A stretch of 64,000 nt of DNA from contig NC_043010.1 in assembly GCF_006345805.1 (NCBI RefSeq), positions 17,856,001-17,920,000 of the forward strand. Direction: 5' to 3'. The stretch's first letter is position 1, and every line of letters starts with the position of its first letter. The notes beneath the pieces were generated by a model. The model made no database searches. It was not told the origin of the DNA and saw only the letters and a list, made by a program, of their open reading frames with translations. This DNA is from Octopus sinensis (Eukaryota). A program made the translations under genes and the position numbers. Below are positions 1-12,422 of this stretch, piece after piece.

Positions 1-15
1 GGAAATGAGAAAAAT

Positions 16-51
16 CTTTTACATTTTGAGCCTATGCTCTTCGACGGAAAG
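16..51 (-). ncRNA. Decayed minimal hammerhead ribozyme (same family as 57710-57745)
   Basis: Reverse complement ctttCCGTCGA a gagc atag gctc AAAA tg ta aaag aligns to the 57.7 kb copy; core GAAA mutated. Confidence 0.55.
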
Positions 52-69
52 GAACATGGAAATAAACAT

Positions 70-216
70 GTTTCCATCTATCAAATCCACTCCCAAGGCT
101 TTGGTCAGCCTGAGGCTATAGTAGAAGACACTTGCCCAAGGTGCCACGCAGTGGGACTGAACCTTGAACCATGTGGTTCGTAAGCAAGCTACTTACCACA
201 CAGCCACTCCTACGCC
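70..216 (-). mobile_element. tRNA-derived SINE family A (5' part)
   Basis: Head ggcgtaggagtggctgtgtggtaagtagcttgc...ggttcagtcccactgcg, ccttgggcaagt core; many copies in window. Confidence 0.85.
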
Positions 217-253
217 TATATATATATATATATATCCATTTATCTTTTAACAG

Positions 254-334
254 ACATTATCAACTTATATTAAACAAATTCCAGAAATGCATCAAAGAGA
301 AAAGATAATAAACACCATTTTGCAGTTAACGAAG
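254..334 (+). CDS. Internal coding exon (first visible) of uncharacterised gene: TLSTYIKQIPEMHQREKIINTILQLTK
   Basis: ttttaacag acceptor, AAG|gtaagt donor, 81 nt open, phase 0/0, in frame with the downstream exons; gene start lies upstream of the window. Confidence 0.8.
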
Positions 335-837
335 GTAAGTTATTTACTAATTATTTAACAATTACTGAAAAAATTTGTATGCACCCATACTGTCAAATTC
401 CATGTCAAACATAATTAATCCAGTGCCATCACTTTTATTTCTGGATTAGTAAATTTATTTAATTCCTTCTCTGTTATTAAAATATAAAAAAAGTATATTG
501 TTACTCGTGTTTGACCCTAGTCAGAACCGAGAGTGAGATAGCCTGTGGTCAAAAACACTTAAGCCATGATCAGGATGACTGCAATCACAACGACCACCAC
601 AACCACCATTATCATCATTATCGTCATCACCATTATAATGTTCATTTTTCTGTGCTTGCATGGGTCAGATAGAATTCATTGAGACAGATTATCTACAGCT
701 GGATGCTCTTCCTATCACCAACCCTTCCCTGTTTCCAAGCAATGATGGACACCACTTGTATGAGGTGGAACTCGTTTACAACTGTTGCATCATGTCAAAA
801 TGAGGAGACACAAATCACACGCACACACACACACACA

Positions 838-988
838 AGTGTCTTCTTTTAGTTTCCATCTATCAAATTAACTCAAAAGACTTTGGCCAGCCTGGGGCTA
901 TAGTTGAAGATACTTGCCCAAAGTGCTGTGCAGTGGGACTGAACCTGAAACCATGGGGTTGGGATGCAAGCTTCTTAACCACACAGCT
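838..988 (-). mobile_element. SINE family A, decayed
   Basis: Similarity to other family A copies. Confidence 0.75.
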
Positions 989-1685
989 ATGTTTGTATGT
1001 GTACAATGGTTTATGCATTGGAGCAATTATTATAACAATTGGATGATGATGATGACGACGATGACGATAATGATGATTTCTACCCTACCACAACCCACGA
1101 GTCAACATGGCAGCCTCTATACGGTCAAACTAATTGCTAGAAATAGAAGCTAAATGTCTCAAGTCACTCTCTACTACCTTAAAAAAATCCTAGAAAACAT
1201 GGGATAAACTCTTATAAACTCTGTGGGTGAAATAAAGACAGGATGGTCAAAGCTGGAATGTCTTCGATTGTAGATATACTTAATCAGTACTGATCTGATT
1301 CCACTAACCACAAAATATGAGTGGTACCTGTCAGGTAGATCAGAACAGGTAAGTTAGATGTTTTGCTTTGAAGAAGGGAATGCTCCAGAATGACATTAAT
1401 ATGAAGAAACTTAAATTCTATAAACTGAAACCAATTATGAGAATTCTGAATTCAAGGAATCTTGTTGGTGGTGTTTGTCTGCAAGGTTCATCCAAAGGAA
1501 AAATATATTTCAGTAGAACATCAACAGCAACCTTTGTTAGATTTTGTGGGAAAGAAAGAAAAAAACCCTTTATTGAGATTGGGAAGAAGAAATAAAAGAA
1601 AAAGATGAAAAGGAAGCTGTGTGTGTATTATTTCAGTCTTTTCATATCAACCTGCCTAAGGCTGCTCTTGGCCCTTTGATATAAG

Positions 1686-1851
1686 TAGGGCCAGCTCAAG
1701 GTGCCGGTAATTTGGGCGGGTGCCTGGAGTGACATATGCTAGGAGGCACCAAAGAGAGTGTCACAAAGACAAGGAAATTTCCTTGACTGTCAGCTTGTTC
1801 ACAGCAAAGTTTATCTTGCCTGGGGTGCCAGCAAATCTAGGTCCAGCCCTG
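1686..1851. mobile_element. hAT-type MITE
   Basis: (T/C)AGGGC...GCCCTG termini, 8-bp TSD GATATAAG; sister copy at 31538. Confidence 0.8.
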
Positions 1852-2098
1852 GATATAAGACTGTGGTTTAAAGGGTTTATTTCAATAATGTAACAAAACT
1901 ACATGTTAGAATCTTTTGTTAAATTTGATTCCAATTTAAGGGTGAGAAAGTCAATTTTGTAAATTACTTCAAAAATGGGATTATTTTGAAAATAAATTGA
2001 AGCCTAGAGAGAGTATCACTTGAAGACAATGAATTTGAAAGAGTTAAAAATTGTATCAAGACTGATGTGAACTAAATGGTTTTGCTATTTTCTGGCAG

Positions 2099-2164
2099 TT
2101 GTTGCAGGAAATGGTTTATTCTTTGACTGACCATCAGATTCAAGAGAGTCTTTTACAAAATACC
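2099..2164 (+). CDS. Coding exon: LLQEMVYSLTDHQIQESLLQNT
   Basis: ttttctggcag acceptor, ACC|gtaagt donor, 66 nt, phase 0/0. Confidence 0.8.
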
Positions 2165-2228
2165 GTAAGTTGTCATGTTTTATTCTTTCCTTTTTTTATT
2201 TTTCTTATAAAAAATCTTGACAAAATTG

Positions 2229-2628
2229 GGATCTTTTCGGTTTGAACGGCAGTTTTTTCTAGCAGTGTCATTTGAAATTGTCACCCATAATTATGACCCT
2301 AGTATCGATTTATTGCATTTCAATCTGTTTTAGGGTTAGGGTATCTTTTTTTCTTCACAAATGTAAATAAACCCAATCTGTTTCTTAAACGAGGAGCATA
2401 TTCATACAGCACAGAATGTTTTTTTACCTCAATGGATGTCAGTGATTGGTTGAAATTGCAGAAATTGAAGAAAAAAAAACAACAAATATCTTACAAACTA
2501 TAGAATTTTCTCAATAAAGCCAAGAGAAAAAGATGTTTTATAAACACATTCTACCAGTATACGAAGTTTAAAATTTTTTAGTTACCTAGAAATTATGTTA
2601 AAAATTGCCATTCAAACCGAAAAGATCC
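2229..2628 (+). mobile_element. Merlin-type MITE (~400 bp)
   Basis: TIR GGATCTTTTCGGTTTGAA, 8-bp TSD CAAAATTG; GG termini plus 8-bp TSD fit the Merlin superfamily. Confidence 0.8.
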
Positions 2629-2755
2629 CAAAATTGAAGTGAACTAAATGAATGTAAAATCTCTTTAAATTTTGAATTTGTTGTTCAAAAAACCCCTAAA
2701 AAACAAAGAACTCCCTGCTTTGACAAATTCTGATCATTTTAAATGTTTATTCCAG

Positions 2756-2836
2756 AATGCCATTTCTTTTAAGTTGAATCTTCATTTAATGCCAACAATT
2801 AAACTGGCTCGACTTCTGTGGAGTATAAATGTCCAG
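2756..2836 (+). CDS. Coding exon: NAISFKLNLHLMPTIKLARLLWSINVQ
   Basis: tttattccag acceptor, CAG|gtaagt donor, 81 nt, phase 0/0. Confidence 0.82.
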
Positions 2837-3221
2837 GTAAGTAAACTGAGTGATAAATTTTTGCTTTGTAATTTGAGATAACGAGTAGCATTAATGAGTA
2901 GAGATAGGGTTGAGAGGAGACAGCAAGCAACCTCTCTTGTGCTAGTACCATAATAGATTCACCCAGTCCACTTTGTAAAGTGGTTGGTGTTAGGGAGGGC
3001 TTCTGGCCAGAAAAAACCTTCTAAAATAAAACGTACATGACATAACCCCTCTTCCTTCCCAGCACACCTAGGAGGGATGTAACTCCTAGTAAGGTCTCAT
3101 TCTGACTGTGATGCTATGCCCAACCAACGTTGAAAGCAGATGTAAAATGATGATGATTTGGGGTTTAAATATCAGTTCTTGAGATTCTATTAAAATATAT
3201 CTAAAATTGTCTACTGTATTT

Positions 3222-3253
<32 letters not shown>

Positions 3254-3254
<1 letters not shown>

Positions 3255-3574
3255 CAGTGGTCTTATTTTTATAATGTGCTTTCACTGCACTACCAAGCAC
3301 AGCTCTGTGTGCCTTGGGTATGTGCTGTGGTTTGTTGTGGTTCTCTTATTTTCACTGTATTGGAAATGTTTTACGTAGCATGTATGTGCCTAGAAGTGCT
3401 ATTTTCTGTGTGTTATATATACTGGTGTTTTTGTTATGTATTTGTCTGAATGTTTTTTTAATCATGCCTAATGCACCAACTATGATAGGAATTGTTTCTG
3501 TTTTTAGGCTCCACATTCAAGTTACCTCTATTCCCAGATTTTTGTATTTTGAAAGTTTCTCCATTTCTTTTAGA
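3254..3574 (-). mobile_element. 3' end of R4/Dong-like non-LTR retrotransposon (RLE endonuclease C-terminus)
   Basis: Minus translation KEMEKLSKYKNLGIEV...IPIIVGALG...QKIALLGT; flanked on both sides by (TAT)n. Confidence 0.75.
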
Positions 3575-3639
3575 GATTATTATTATTATTATTAATTACA
3601 TTCTGTGATTTTCATTGAAATTTTCTTATTCTAGAACCA

Positions 3640-4539
3640 CAAGGTGGTATCAAAAACTTCCCAGATTAGTTATTTTTATTAAAAAATTAACTTATTTACC
3701 TAAGTTTTGATATAATCTACTTTGAAATAGTCACCTTGTCTCAGCATTCCTGTCACTTTTGGAATCTGGCCTGGAAGTCGTTTTCTGTGAGTCAAGGTCT
3801 GTCTGTAATTTACTCTTGGTCTCAACAATGTTGTTAAAAACAGCGACCTTTGAACTTCATTTTTTCATCTTGGAGTAGAGATAGAAGTCTGCAGGTGCTA
3901 AATCTTGCAAACAGGCCAGGTGCAGAAGCGATCCCATACTATTTTTCACAAGAAACTCATGAGTGAGACAAGCGTGGTGACAGGATGCATTGTTGTTGTG
4001 AAGAATCTAATTCTTCCCACTCCAAGATCTGGTCATTTTCTCTGATGTCCTCCCTCAAACATTGCAAAACATCATTGATTGTCCTCTGACGATCCTCATG
4101 CACAAAGCTGATGAATTTTCTCCACATTTCTAGGAGTGACACTCGTGGCAGGTCTTCCAGATTGCTCACCATCTTCCAGGGATGTTCTTCTGCTTTTTAA
4201 GCACCTGTGCCACTTGAAACATTGCATACAACCCATTGCCTCATCAATATAAGCTTGCCAAGGCATGCTCAATGTGTCTGTAGCAGACTTCCTGAGTTCA
4301 ATGCAAAATTTCATGTTGACTCTTTGTTCCAACTTCCTGTCCATGACAAAAATTGCAGACTACAGCATCCACACATGATCACAAAAACACAAATTTCACA
4401 ACTTATCAAGCAAACACACTGATGTCATCGGCACACACCTTCATAAAGGTCACTGCTAGTTCTCACTGGGCAGTGACCATGTGCTGCCATCTGTTGGCAC
4501 ATTACAGAACTAGTCTGGTAACTTTTTGATACCACCTCA
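3640..4539 (-). mobile_element. Internally deleted mariner transposon
   Basis: TIRs (a)ggtggtatcaaaaa at both ends; ORF 4096..4344 MDRKLEQRVNMKFC...SGRP is a mariner N-terminal HTH; frameshifted. Confidence 0.85.
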
Positions 4540-4749
4540 TAATTGCAACACCACACTTTCTAAACCCATTCCCAGTTCTAAGATTCCTTACTTTTCAAGA
4601 TTTCTCTTATTTCTTTAACTGATTCCTATTTCATTCACATGTTAACAGTTTGTGTAAAATACAGAAACCATTTCATGCCTTGCTCCCATGTCTCGACATA
4701 GATTTTGCAGCTGGATGCTTTTCCTAATGCCCATCACTTTACAGAATGC

Positions 4750-5335
4750 CATCATCATCATCATCGTTTAACATCTGTTTTCCAAGTTGGCATGGGTTGG
4801 ACGGTTCAATAGGGGTCTGGAAAGCCAGAGAGCTGCACCAGGCACCAGTCTGATCTGGCAATGTTTCTACAGCTGGATGCCCTTCCTAACACCAAGAACT
4901 CTCAGAGTGTAGTGGGTGCTTTTTACATGTCACCGGCACAGGGGCCAGCGGGGGCTGGCATCGACCATGATCAGATGGTACTTTTTACGTGCCACTGGCA
5001 TGGGAGCCAGTCAAGGTGGTGCTGGTATCGGTCACTTTCGGATGGTGCTTTTTACATGCCACCAGTATGGGGACCACAACTACAATTTCCATTTGATTGT
5101 GATTTGATTTGATTTTGATGTTGATGTACTTGACTCAATAAGTCTCCTCAAGCACATCATGTCACCCTACAATCCCAGGGTACTTTTTGAGTTGGCTGGT
5201 TATAGCTGTGATCTCACTTTATTTGCCAGGTCTTCTCAGTCACAGCATATCTCCAGAGGTCTCGGTCTTTCATCATTGCCTCTGTGAGGCCCAACATATG
5301 TGGGCTTCTCCATGGCAGCAGCATAGTGGAGGTCT
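4750..5335 (-). mobile_element. RTE-type LINE 3' end and associated non-autonomous repeat with (GAT)n tail
   Basis: catcatcatcgtttaac tail; LGLTEAMMKDRDLWRYAV resembles the RTE C-terminus; relatives at 9775, 62040 and 63428. Confidence 0.65.
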
Positions 5336-6026
5336 TCATGTAACTTGCAAAGCCAAAGAGGCCACTAGAGAGCTGGGAGGTGATTTTTGCCAGGTGTTGA
5401 GAGCAATTATTGTTTGATAGTGATACAGTAAACAAGTGTGATGTTGCTGAGGAGATTCATGGCTGCCTCGTATTAAATTAGGGTTGGTGGGAATAAATGG
5501 GGTGGGGCTGGAAAAAGAGATAAAGATGATGGGGATGAGGTGTCGGAACCAACCGTAAGATACAGGAAGGTGACTAGAAGAGAATGTGGGGGAACAGCAG
5601 AATGGAAAAGGCTTAGTGGGGGTTAAACTTTGCAAGAGTATGATGGGGTGGAGAGTGAGGAATGGTTAGAAACAGGGGCAGGATGAACAAGAATGATGAT
5701 GCTCAATGATAAATATGAGTGAATGAAAGGTGATAAGAATCAAAATAACTCCAAGGAGAGAAAGAGGGTTATAGATCCATTATTAATTCCTCATAAAAGT
5801 GTGAAACAAACTCAGACTTGCCATTATAATTTCTTATTTGATTCTCAATAATAGGCAGAACACCATATTTTGTTGTCTTATTTTTACAAGTACATACCAT
5901 AGATAATGATTCTGGTCTTCAGTTCGTTAATTTATTACATTTGAAGTAAAAACTGTTTCTTCAAAGTTCCCAAGACTTTGAATGATTTCGAAAATATTTT
6001 AATTTTCTTCCCCAACTTTACCACAG

Positions 6027-6177
6027 ATCCAAGAGGATTGTCCTCACTGCTTTTCAATTTCTAAAATGAAACTTATCCTCACGATAAAGCAATGTCTTCA
6101 ACCCAAACAGAAATCATTCCAAGGGCTCAACTTCATTCTCTGTGTTTCAAGATTTTATGCTGAAATCCAAGACCTTT
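6027..6177 (+). CDS. Coding exon: IQEDCPHCFSISKMKLILTIKQCLQPKQKSFQGLNFILCVSRFYAEIQDL
   Basis: polypyrimidine tract plus ccacag acceptor, T|gtaagt donor, 151 nt, phase 0/1. Confidence 0.85.
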
Positions 6178-6425
6178 GTAAGTAAAATCTTTTTATACTC
6201 TCTCTCCCTCTCTCACCCTTTCTCTCACTCATTTTTCTTACCCATCCCCCTATCCTTCTTCCTTGTCTAAAGAAAGTCTACCAGGCTCGTTTATTTTGTA
6301 ATTTCTTTCTGAAATGGTGACTATTTGTTCTATCATCACCTTCCCCATCACTATCACTCTCACCACCATCATCATCATCTCTGTATCTTATTTTAAATGC
6401 TGTTTTATATTTCACTACCCTTTAG

Positions 6426-6587
6426 ATGAAATAGTCCTTCCAAAAGCATTAAGAAATGCTGGAACCGATGATATAATACAATATATTTCAGAAGAATTCT
6501 TTAAAATTCTTGTTACATCTGGACATATTTTTGAAATTAATGAAACCACATCTGAAGATCTGTTTGGAATTAATGAACCGAGATCAG
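6426..6587 (+). CDS. Coding exon: (Y)EIVLPKALRNAGTDDIIQYISEEFFKILVTSGHIFEINETTSEDLFGINEPRS
   Basis: ccctttag acceptor, CAG|gtacgt donor, 162 nt, phase 1/1 matches both neighbours. Confidence 0.85.
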
Positions 6588-6670
6588 GTACGTAAAACAA
6601 TTTAAAAAGTTTGGGAAATGATAGACTTGTTTTTGTGGCAACCTGAAACAACTGTAGTGGTTCAGCTTCT

Positions 6671-6836
6671 GCTCTGACCGGGAACTGCTTTGACCATGAA
6701 CTGCTCTGACCAGGAACTGCTCTGACCACAAACTGTTCTGACCACGAACTGTTCTGACCACGAACTGCTCTGACCAGGAACTGTTCTGACCACGGCTCTG
6801 ACCAGGAACTGCTCTGACCACGAACTGCCCTGATCA
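6671..6836. repeat. 16-bp minisatellite (gaactgctctgaccaN) x~10
   Basis: Directly visible tandem units. Confidence 0.9.
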
Positions 6837-6974
6837 TTGAACAGTGATGGCTTTGAGATAATCTTTTCTGTTGCAGTTTGTTTGATATTTGCTTATGTAA
6901 ACATTGCCAGGGTTGGAAATGAAGGGACATACAGGGATATATTATGTAAGATATAATATACAAATACCACAATA

Positions 6975-7325
6975 TCAACCAGACTATCAGATGCTGTTAT
7001 ACACCTCTAGTCACAATGCACTTCCAATTCTGTATTGATATCATCTTTTTTTTCAAATTGCCTGACTAAATCATCTCCCCATTATCATGGACGCCTTCCA
7101 AGTGGCCTTTTCTGATCACTTGGATATAACTTGGCAATTGCACCATTCCAACTGTTGTCTGTGAACCTTGCAATATGTTTGGCCCAGTGGTACTTGTGCT
7201 TTTGGTACTCTGAAATTACATCATTCACTCTGTTCCATTCTTAAAATATTTCATTTCAATGTTCTCTCTCAGTGATGTTCCAAGCATGGATCTTTCCATG
7301 GCCTCTTGTGTCAAAGGCCATGATA
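6975..7325 (-). mobile_element. RTE LINE 3' fragment
   Basis: LTQEAMERSMLGTSLRE...KRPLGRRP motifs; 3' UTR similar to 29165-29270. Confidence 0.6.
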
Positions 7326-7901
7326 TAAAACACATGATATAATATCGTTGTGGGTGGCCATGGGCAAATGAAAAGAGAACCCCTAAAAGTAGGCCCTGCA
7401 AAAATATATGACTGATCCCTGCATTATTGGTCACATGACCAATCTGAAATATTTTCGTGTCCAGTTTGGTTGCTGACAAAAGATGGGAGCATGTGAACTT
7501 CTAGCTATGCATCTGTGGCCTCCTAAAGCTCCACATTTTGGAGGGGTCACATTAACCATATCAGTGATTAAATTTTCTTTTCGATTTTTAATTTAATAAA
7601 ATCATTTTATTTTTATTTTTATTTTTCGTTTATTAATGTAGAAAACTTTGGACTAATTTGAAGCAGGCTTTGATCTTACTCTCCACTTTTCCATGATTGC
7701 ATGACTCAAACAGAATCTGTTGAAGCAGATGTTTTTACTACCAGGTGCCTTTTCTGCCCCCAACCTTTACCTAACACTTAAATTCATGTAATTTTGTTAT
7801 TCATTAGTAATACTTAATGAAACCAGAGTAAGTTAATACAAACATTAACCAATAATTTTAAAATAATAGAGATTTATAAAGTAAAAGTATTTTTCTTTCA
7901 G

Positions 7902-8497
7902 ATGGGTGTGAAAATGTAGAATATCCTGAGGTATCACTTCAACAGAATGTGTCTACAAATATTTCTCGAAGCAGCTTGCTTCAGAGAACAGACTCCAGAA
8001 AATTACCAGAAAATTTATCTTCCTCACAGACATTCCTTTCAAGCAGCACAGATGTCTTCCAAATACCAATAGTTCCTTCTCAATTATCTGAATCAGAAAC
8101 CTTTCATTTCAAAAGAAAGGTTCACCAAAATTGCAAAGAACAGGCCAAGTCCCCTTTAAAAAATAATTTTACGGAATTCAAGTATACTTCTTTAGGTACA
8201 CCAAAGAATTGTTCTTACCCGTCGAGGAACAATACCATCAAAAGAGATGCAATGTATACCATTCGACCTCTTAATGCCCAAGGAACACATTTACAGTGGC
8301 CAACCTATTTTATTTCGGTGGAACCAAAATTTGATGTTAAAAATTCTGAAGAATTTTTTGACCTCATAGCAACTTTCTTTAGCCTAAATTTATCTCCAGA
8401 TGTTATATTAGACATTCTGTCTTACCGTTCCAAGATTGACTCTGTTGCAAAAGATTGTATGTATATTCTAAACTCGTATTTTAAAACATCGAAATAA
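7902..8497 (+). CDS. Terminal coding exon (DGCENVEY...SYFKTSK*): Ser-rich linker plus short C-terminal region
   Basis: tttttctttcag acceptor in phase 1; contains ORF 7949..8497; TAA stop; AATAAA candidates at 10310, 10497 and 10796. Confidence 0.85.
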
Positions 8498-8623
8498 TTA
8501 AAAACTTTTAAAGAATTAAGTTGAACATTTTTAAAATTAAAACTTCTGGAATTTTAGCTGCATGGCATGGTGATGGATAATTGTTAATTAAGGTAATTAA
8601 ATTTGTAACTTTACTCTCACACA

Positions 8624-8654
<31 letters not shown>

Positions 8655-9774
8655 CACCTACACATTTACATTATTTATTTATATTGTTTTATATATAAAA
8701 CAGAAAGTCATGTAACTTAAAATTGGTGAGAAGATTGTTTCAAATTTTTTAATGATTACAAATTGTTGCTAATGAAGTAATTCCTGCAAATGACTTAACG
8801 ATGGCTTTGATTATTATGGTTGTAGCATGTGAGATCATTCTCAAACATTGTTTTACCCTGTTGTAATCATAAAAATTGAGAGTAGTTTAAGAATCCAAAA
8901 TTTAGGGCTTGTTACAGTATTTTAATCAAATTCCATTTTCGAAGAGTGCAAGTTAGATGTCACTGTCACCATGACAACTGTAGAGGTCTGTGATAACATG
9001 TGTTCAAGAGAATAGTGAACAAACACCCAAATTTTTGTTATTTCCTTAAAATATTCTCTGATATCCTTTTAAGATTTATCTTCTATTTTTCACAAAATTG
9101 GTTCCACCACCCACCCACAAACTGTGGATCTTAGATCTGATTGTTGAGTCTCATGTATCTGTTATCTTTAAATATACTTCCAAGATGGGATCAAGGGAGG
9201 GGGTTCACTAAATTACTATTTAATTTACTCTGTTGTTTCCACATGTTGTTGTTATTAACAGAAGAAGCTTTTACCATTTTATCAATGTTTAACAAGAACT
9301 TGATCATATTTAAAAGCTGTTCTGACTTCAGTCACCTTTGGTGAATGTAGCTTTGACCAGGAGGAATTGCTGTCCTAGAACCATTGAATGTCTTGACCCA
9401 GAACTGTAACACTTGCAAATTGGTAAGTTGCAAGTGGTGGCCAAATCACTGCCAAATCACATCATCTCCTGGTTTTCAGCTTAAATCATTTCTCTTGCTC
9501 AATAACCATGTAGATGCTCTTTCTGCTACTTCTCCATTCTGCATACAGCCTCCTTCCACTCTCTCTCTCACTTTTTCTTATTCTGCTGGCTGTAAGCATT
9601 CTCCATACTGTGCCATTTATTTCCAGTCTTCCATGGAAACATGTCTGGTCGTGTGAAATTACCTTCTTAATGGGATGCTATTTTGTTTCATTCATATCAT
9701 ATATGACTGCTATTTCTGGCATGGTGGTGCCTGTTCGGTATCCTTAATTATAATTTTATATATATACATATATG

Positions 9775-10110
9775 GCTGGCGAACCAGATGGCTGCACCAG
9801 GCTCCAGTCTTGATCTGGCAGAGTTTCTACAGCTGGATGCCCTTCCTTATGCCAACCACTCTGCGAGTGTAGTGGGTGCTTTTACATTCCACTGGCACGG
9901 GGGCCAGTCAGGTGGTACTGGCAATGACCTCGCTTAAATCTTTTTACACATGCCAACGGCACAGTTGCCAGTAAGGCGATGCTGGTAACAATCACGCTCG
10001 AATGGTGCCTCCTACATGCCACCGGCACGAAAGCCAGTTGGCTGTTCTGGCAACGATCACGCTCGGATGGTGCTCTTAGCACCCTATTAGCACGGGGCAC
10101 AAGCGCCAGT
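9775..10110 (-). mobile_element. Non-autonomous RTE-tail repeat fragment
   Basis: tttctacagctggatgcccttcc...gtgtagtgggtgc block shared with 4860 and 63540. Confidence 0.7.
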
Positions 10111-10905
10111 ATATATTATTCATATACATATATACATATACACATATATGTATGTATGTATATATATATATATATATTATGTATTAGGGTTAATCAGTTG
10201 ATCATGCATGCTTACATATGCATCCCCCCCCCCCGCGCAAACACATACATAACAAAGGACTTTGCTTTTGAATTCTATATTTCAGAGGAATGCCAAGAGA
10301 TTGTAAATGAATAAACTGTGTGATATGGAAGGAAACAAGGAATTAATTAAATTAATTGGGAAAGGATTCTGAACTACAGAGATAGCTGTCATGAAACTGA
10401 CCCCTACTTAATTGTACCAGTGTAAATCCCTTAAAATTTGATCTATGTCTACTGGTAAATAGCTGTAATGAAACTTTTCAACCATTTCTCAACATAAATA
10501 AAATGTAATTTATTGGTCTGTTACAACGATAATATATTTGTCTTGCTTCGTTAATTTAAGAACAAAATAAAACCCATATATTTTGGTTTAAATTTACAAA
10601 TTAATCCAAATTCAAAATCGATTTTGCTCATTGAGGATTGGGTGTGTTCTAATTTTGGAATTGTTAATCAAACAGAAATCCACACGTCAACCTTTAGTCA
10701 ACCAAACCTTGTTGCTTCTTTTGTGATATTTTCTTTATAATCTTTGGATTTCTGTGCGTTCACAAATATTATTTTATTTGGTTATTTAAAAGATTAATAA
10801 ATGAGAATATATATTTTTAATACGAATCTTGTTTTTCTTTAATGATTTTGAAAGTAAACCACCAGAACTTGCTCATAATTCTATGATACAAACTTCCTGT
10901 TTTAA

Positions 10906-11125
10906 CCCTTTTGTTACCATATTTCTGTTGAGATGCTCTGTGTTTCTTTCAATTACTTTAAATATAACAAAAAATTTAGTAAAATAACTTAGTTATCATT
11001 CGGCTAGTGTTAGGAACATAAATTGTGACTGAGGTTTGGTGGAAGATTTTAATTCAAAACTTATGTAAACAAGACATTTGTTCTCAGAGCCAGAGCCGGT
11101 TTCAGCCGGGTTAGTAATGAAAGGG
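10906..11125. mobile_element. piggyBac-type MITE
   Basis: TTAA|CCCTTT...AAAGGG|TTAA. Confidence 0.75.
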
Positions 11126-12017
11126 TTAAAGGGATTCAAATGGAAACCTTCCTGTTAATTTATATTCCAATCAATTACTTAACAGTGACAAAATCAGTTA
11201 AATAAATTCTTTGTTATTTTCAATATTAATTGAAACAAGGTGACTGTATTTCAACAGAAAATATGGTAACAGCATCCTTTCTTGTACATGAAATACTGAA
11301 AAAATCCATTTTTTGAATTTGGTCTTGAAATCTGTTATTTTTATATTGGATACATATTTGTGAGATTTCTGGTGTTTCTTGATCAAGACACTCCAGCCCT
11401 CTCTCTCCGATCTTTTCTTTCAGATATAGTCTATAGACAGTCTACTACTACAATGTGTCCTTCTTTTGAACATGAGGGACAATTTGACTGCTATTAACTT
11501 GTACATTGAGTGTCTACAGAGAATTCTAGATGGTTTGTCAAAGATTTTCGTTCACAGTTTTAATTTAGTAAATGGAAACATTGAGCATGAAAGAGAGAGA
11601 AAGAGAGAGAGAGTTAAAAGACATGAGAGATTAATGGAGTACAACGGTTATATACAACATTATACAAGACAATTCAGAAACTCCTTTCATATTTAAAATG
11701 TTATATAATAGTTTTATTGTATATTTTACAACAGTTTTGTTTTGATAGATTTTTAATATAATCTTTGCTATTTTGCTGTGAATGTCATTTGGGAAGGAAG
11801 GAGAAAGGAAGGGAATGTTTGCATGTAATGTGTGTGTGTGTGTGTGGATGGATGGATTTAATGTAAGTTGGTAGGTTTTATATATGTTAGAAAATGCCAT
11901 CATCAAAAGATGTGAGGTGACAATATTAATTGTCCTAAAACAAATCAGACTCAATGAAATACTTCATGTTGAAATATCCTGGCTGGTCCAGGGAGATGGC
12001 GGCAAGAATGATTACCA

Positions 12018-12422
12018 AGCATAGGAGTGGCTGTGTGGTAAGTAGCTTGCTTATGAACCACATGGTTCCGGGTTCAGTCCCACTGCGTGGTACCTTGGGC
12101 AAGTGTCTTCTACTATAGCCACGGGCCGACCAAAGCCTTGTGAGTGGATTTGGTAGACGGAAACTGAAAGAAGCCCATCGTATATATATATATATATGTG
12201 TATGTGTATATGTTTCTGTGTCTGTGTTTGTCCCCCCCAACTTCGCTTGACAACCGATGCTGGTGTGTTTACATCCCTGTAACTAGTGGTTTGACAAAAG
12301 GGACCGATAGAATAAGTACTTGGCTTACAAAGAATAAGTTCTGGGGTCGATTTGCTCGACTAAAGGTAGTGCTCCAGCTTGGCCACAATCAAATGACTGA
12401 AACAAGTAAAAGAGTAAAAGAG
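12018..12422 (+). mobile_element. SINE family A, full length with internal (TA)/(TG) tract
   Basis: tRNA-like head, ccttgggcaagt core, 3' tail gtaaaaga repeats. Confidence 0.9.

Noticed and set aside
6415-6978. 187-aa minus-strand ORF
   Set aside because: Antisense to a real exon plus the 16-bp minisatellite
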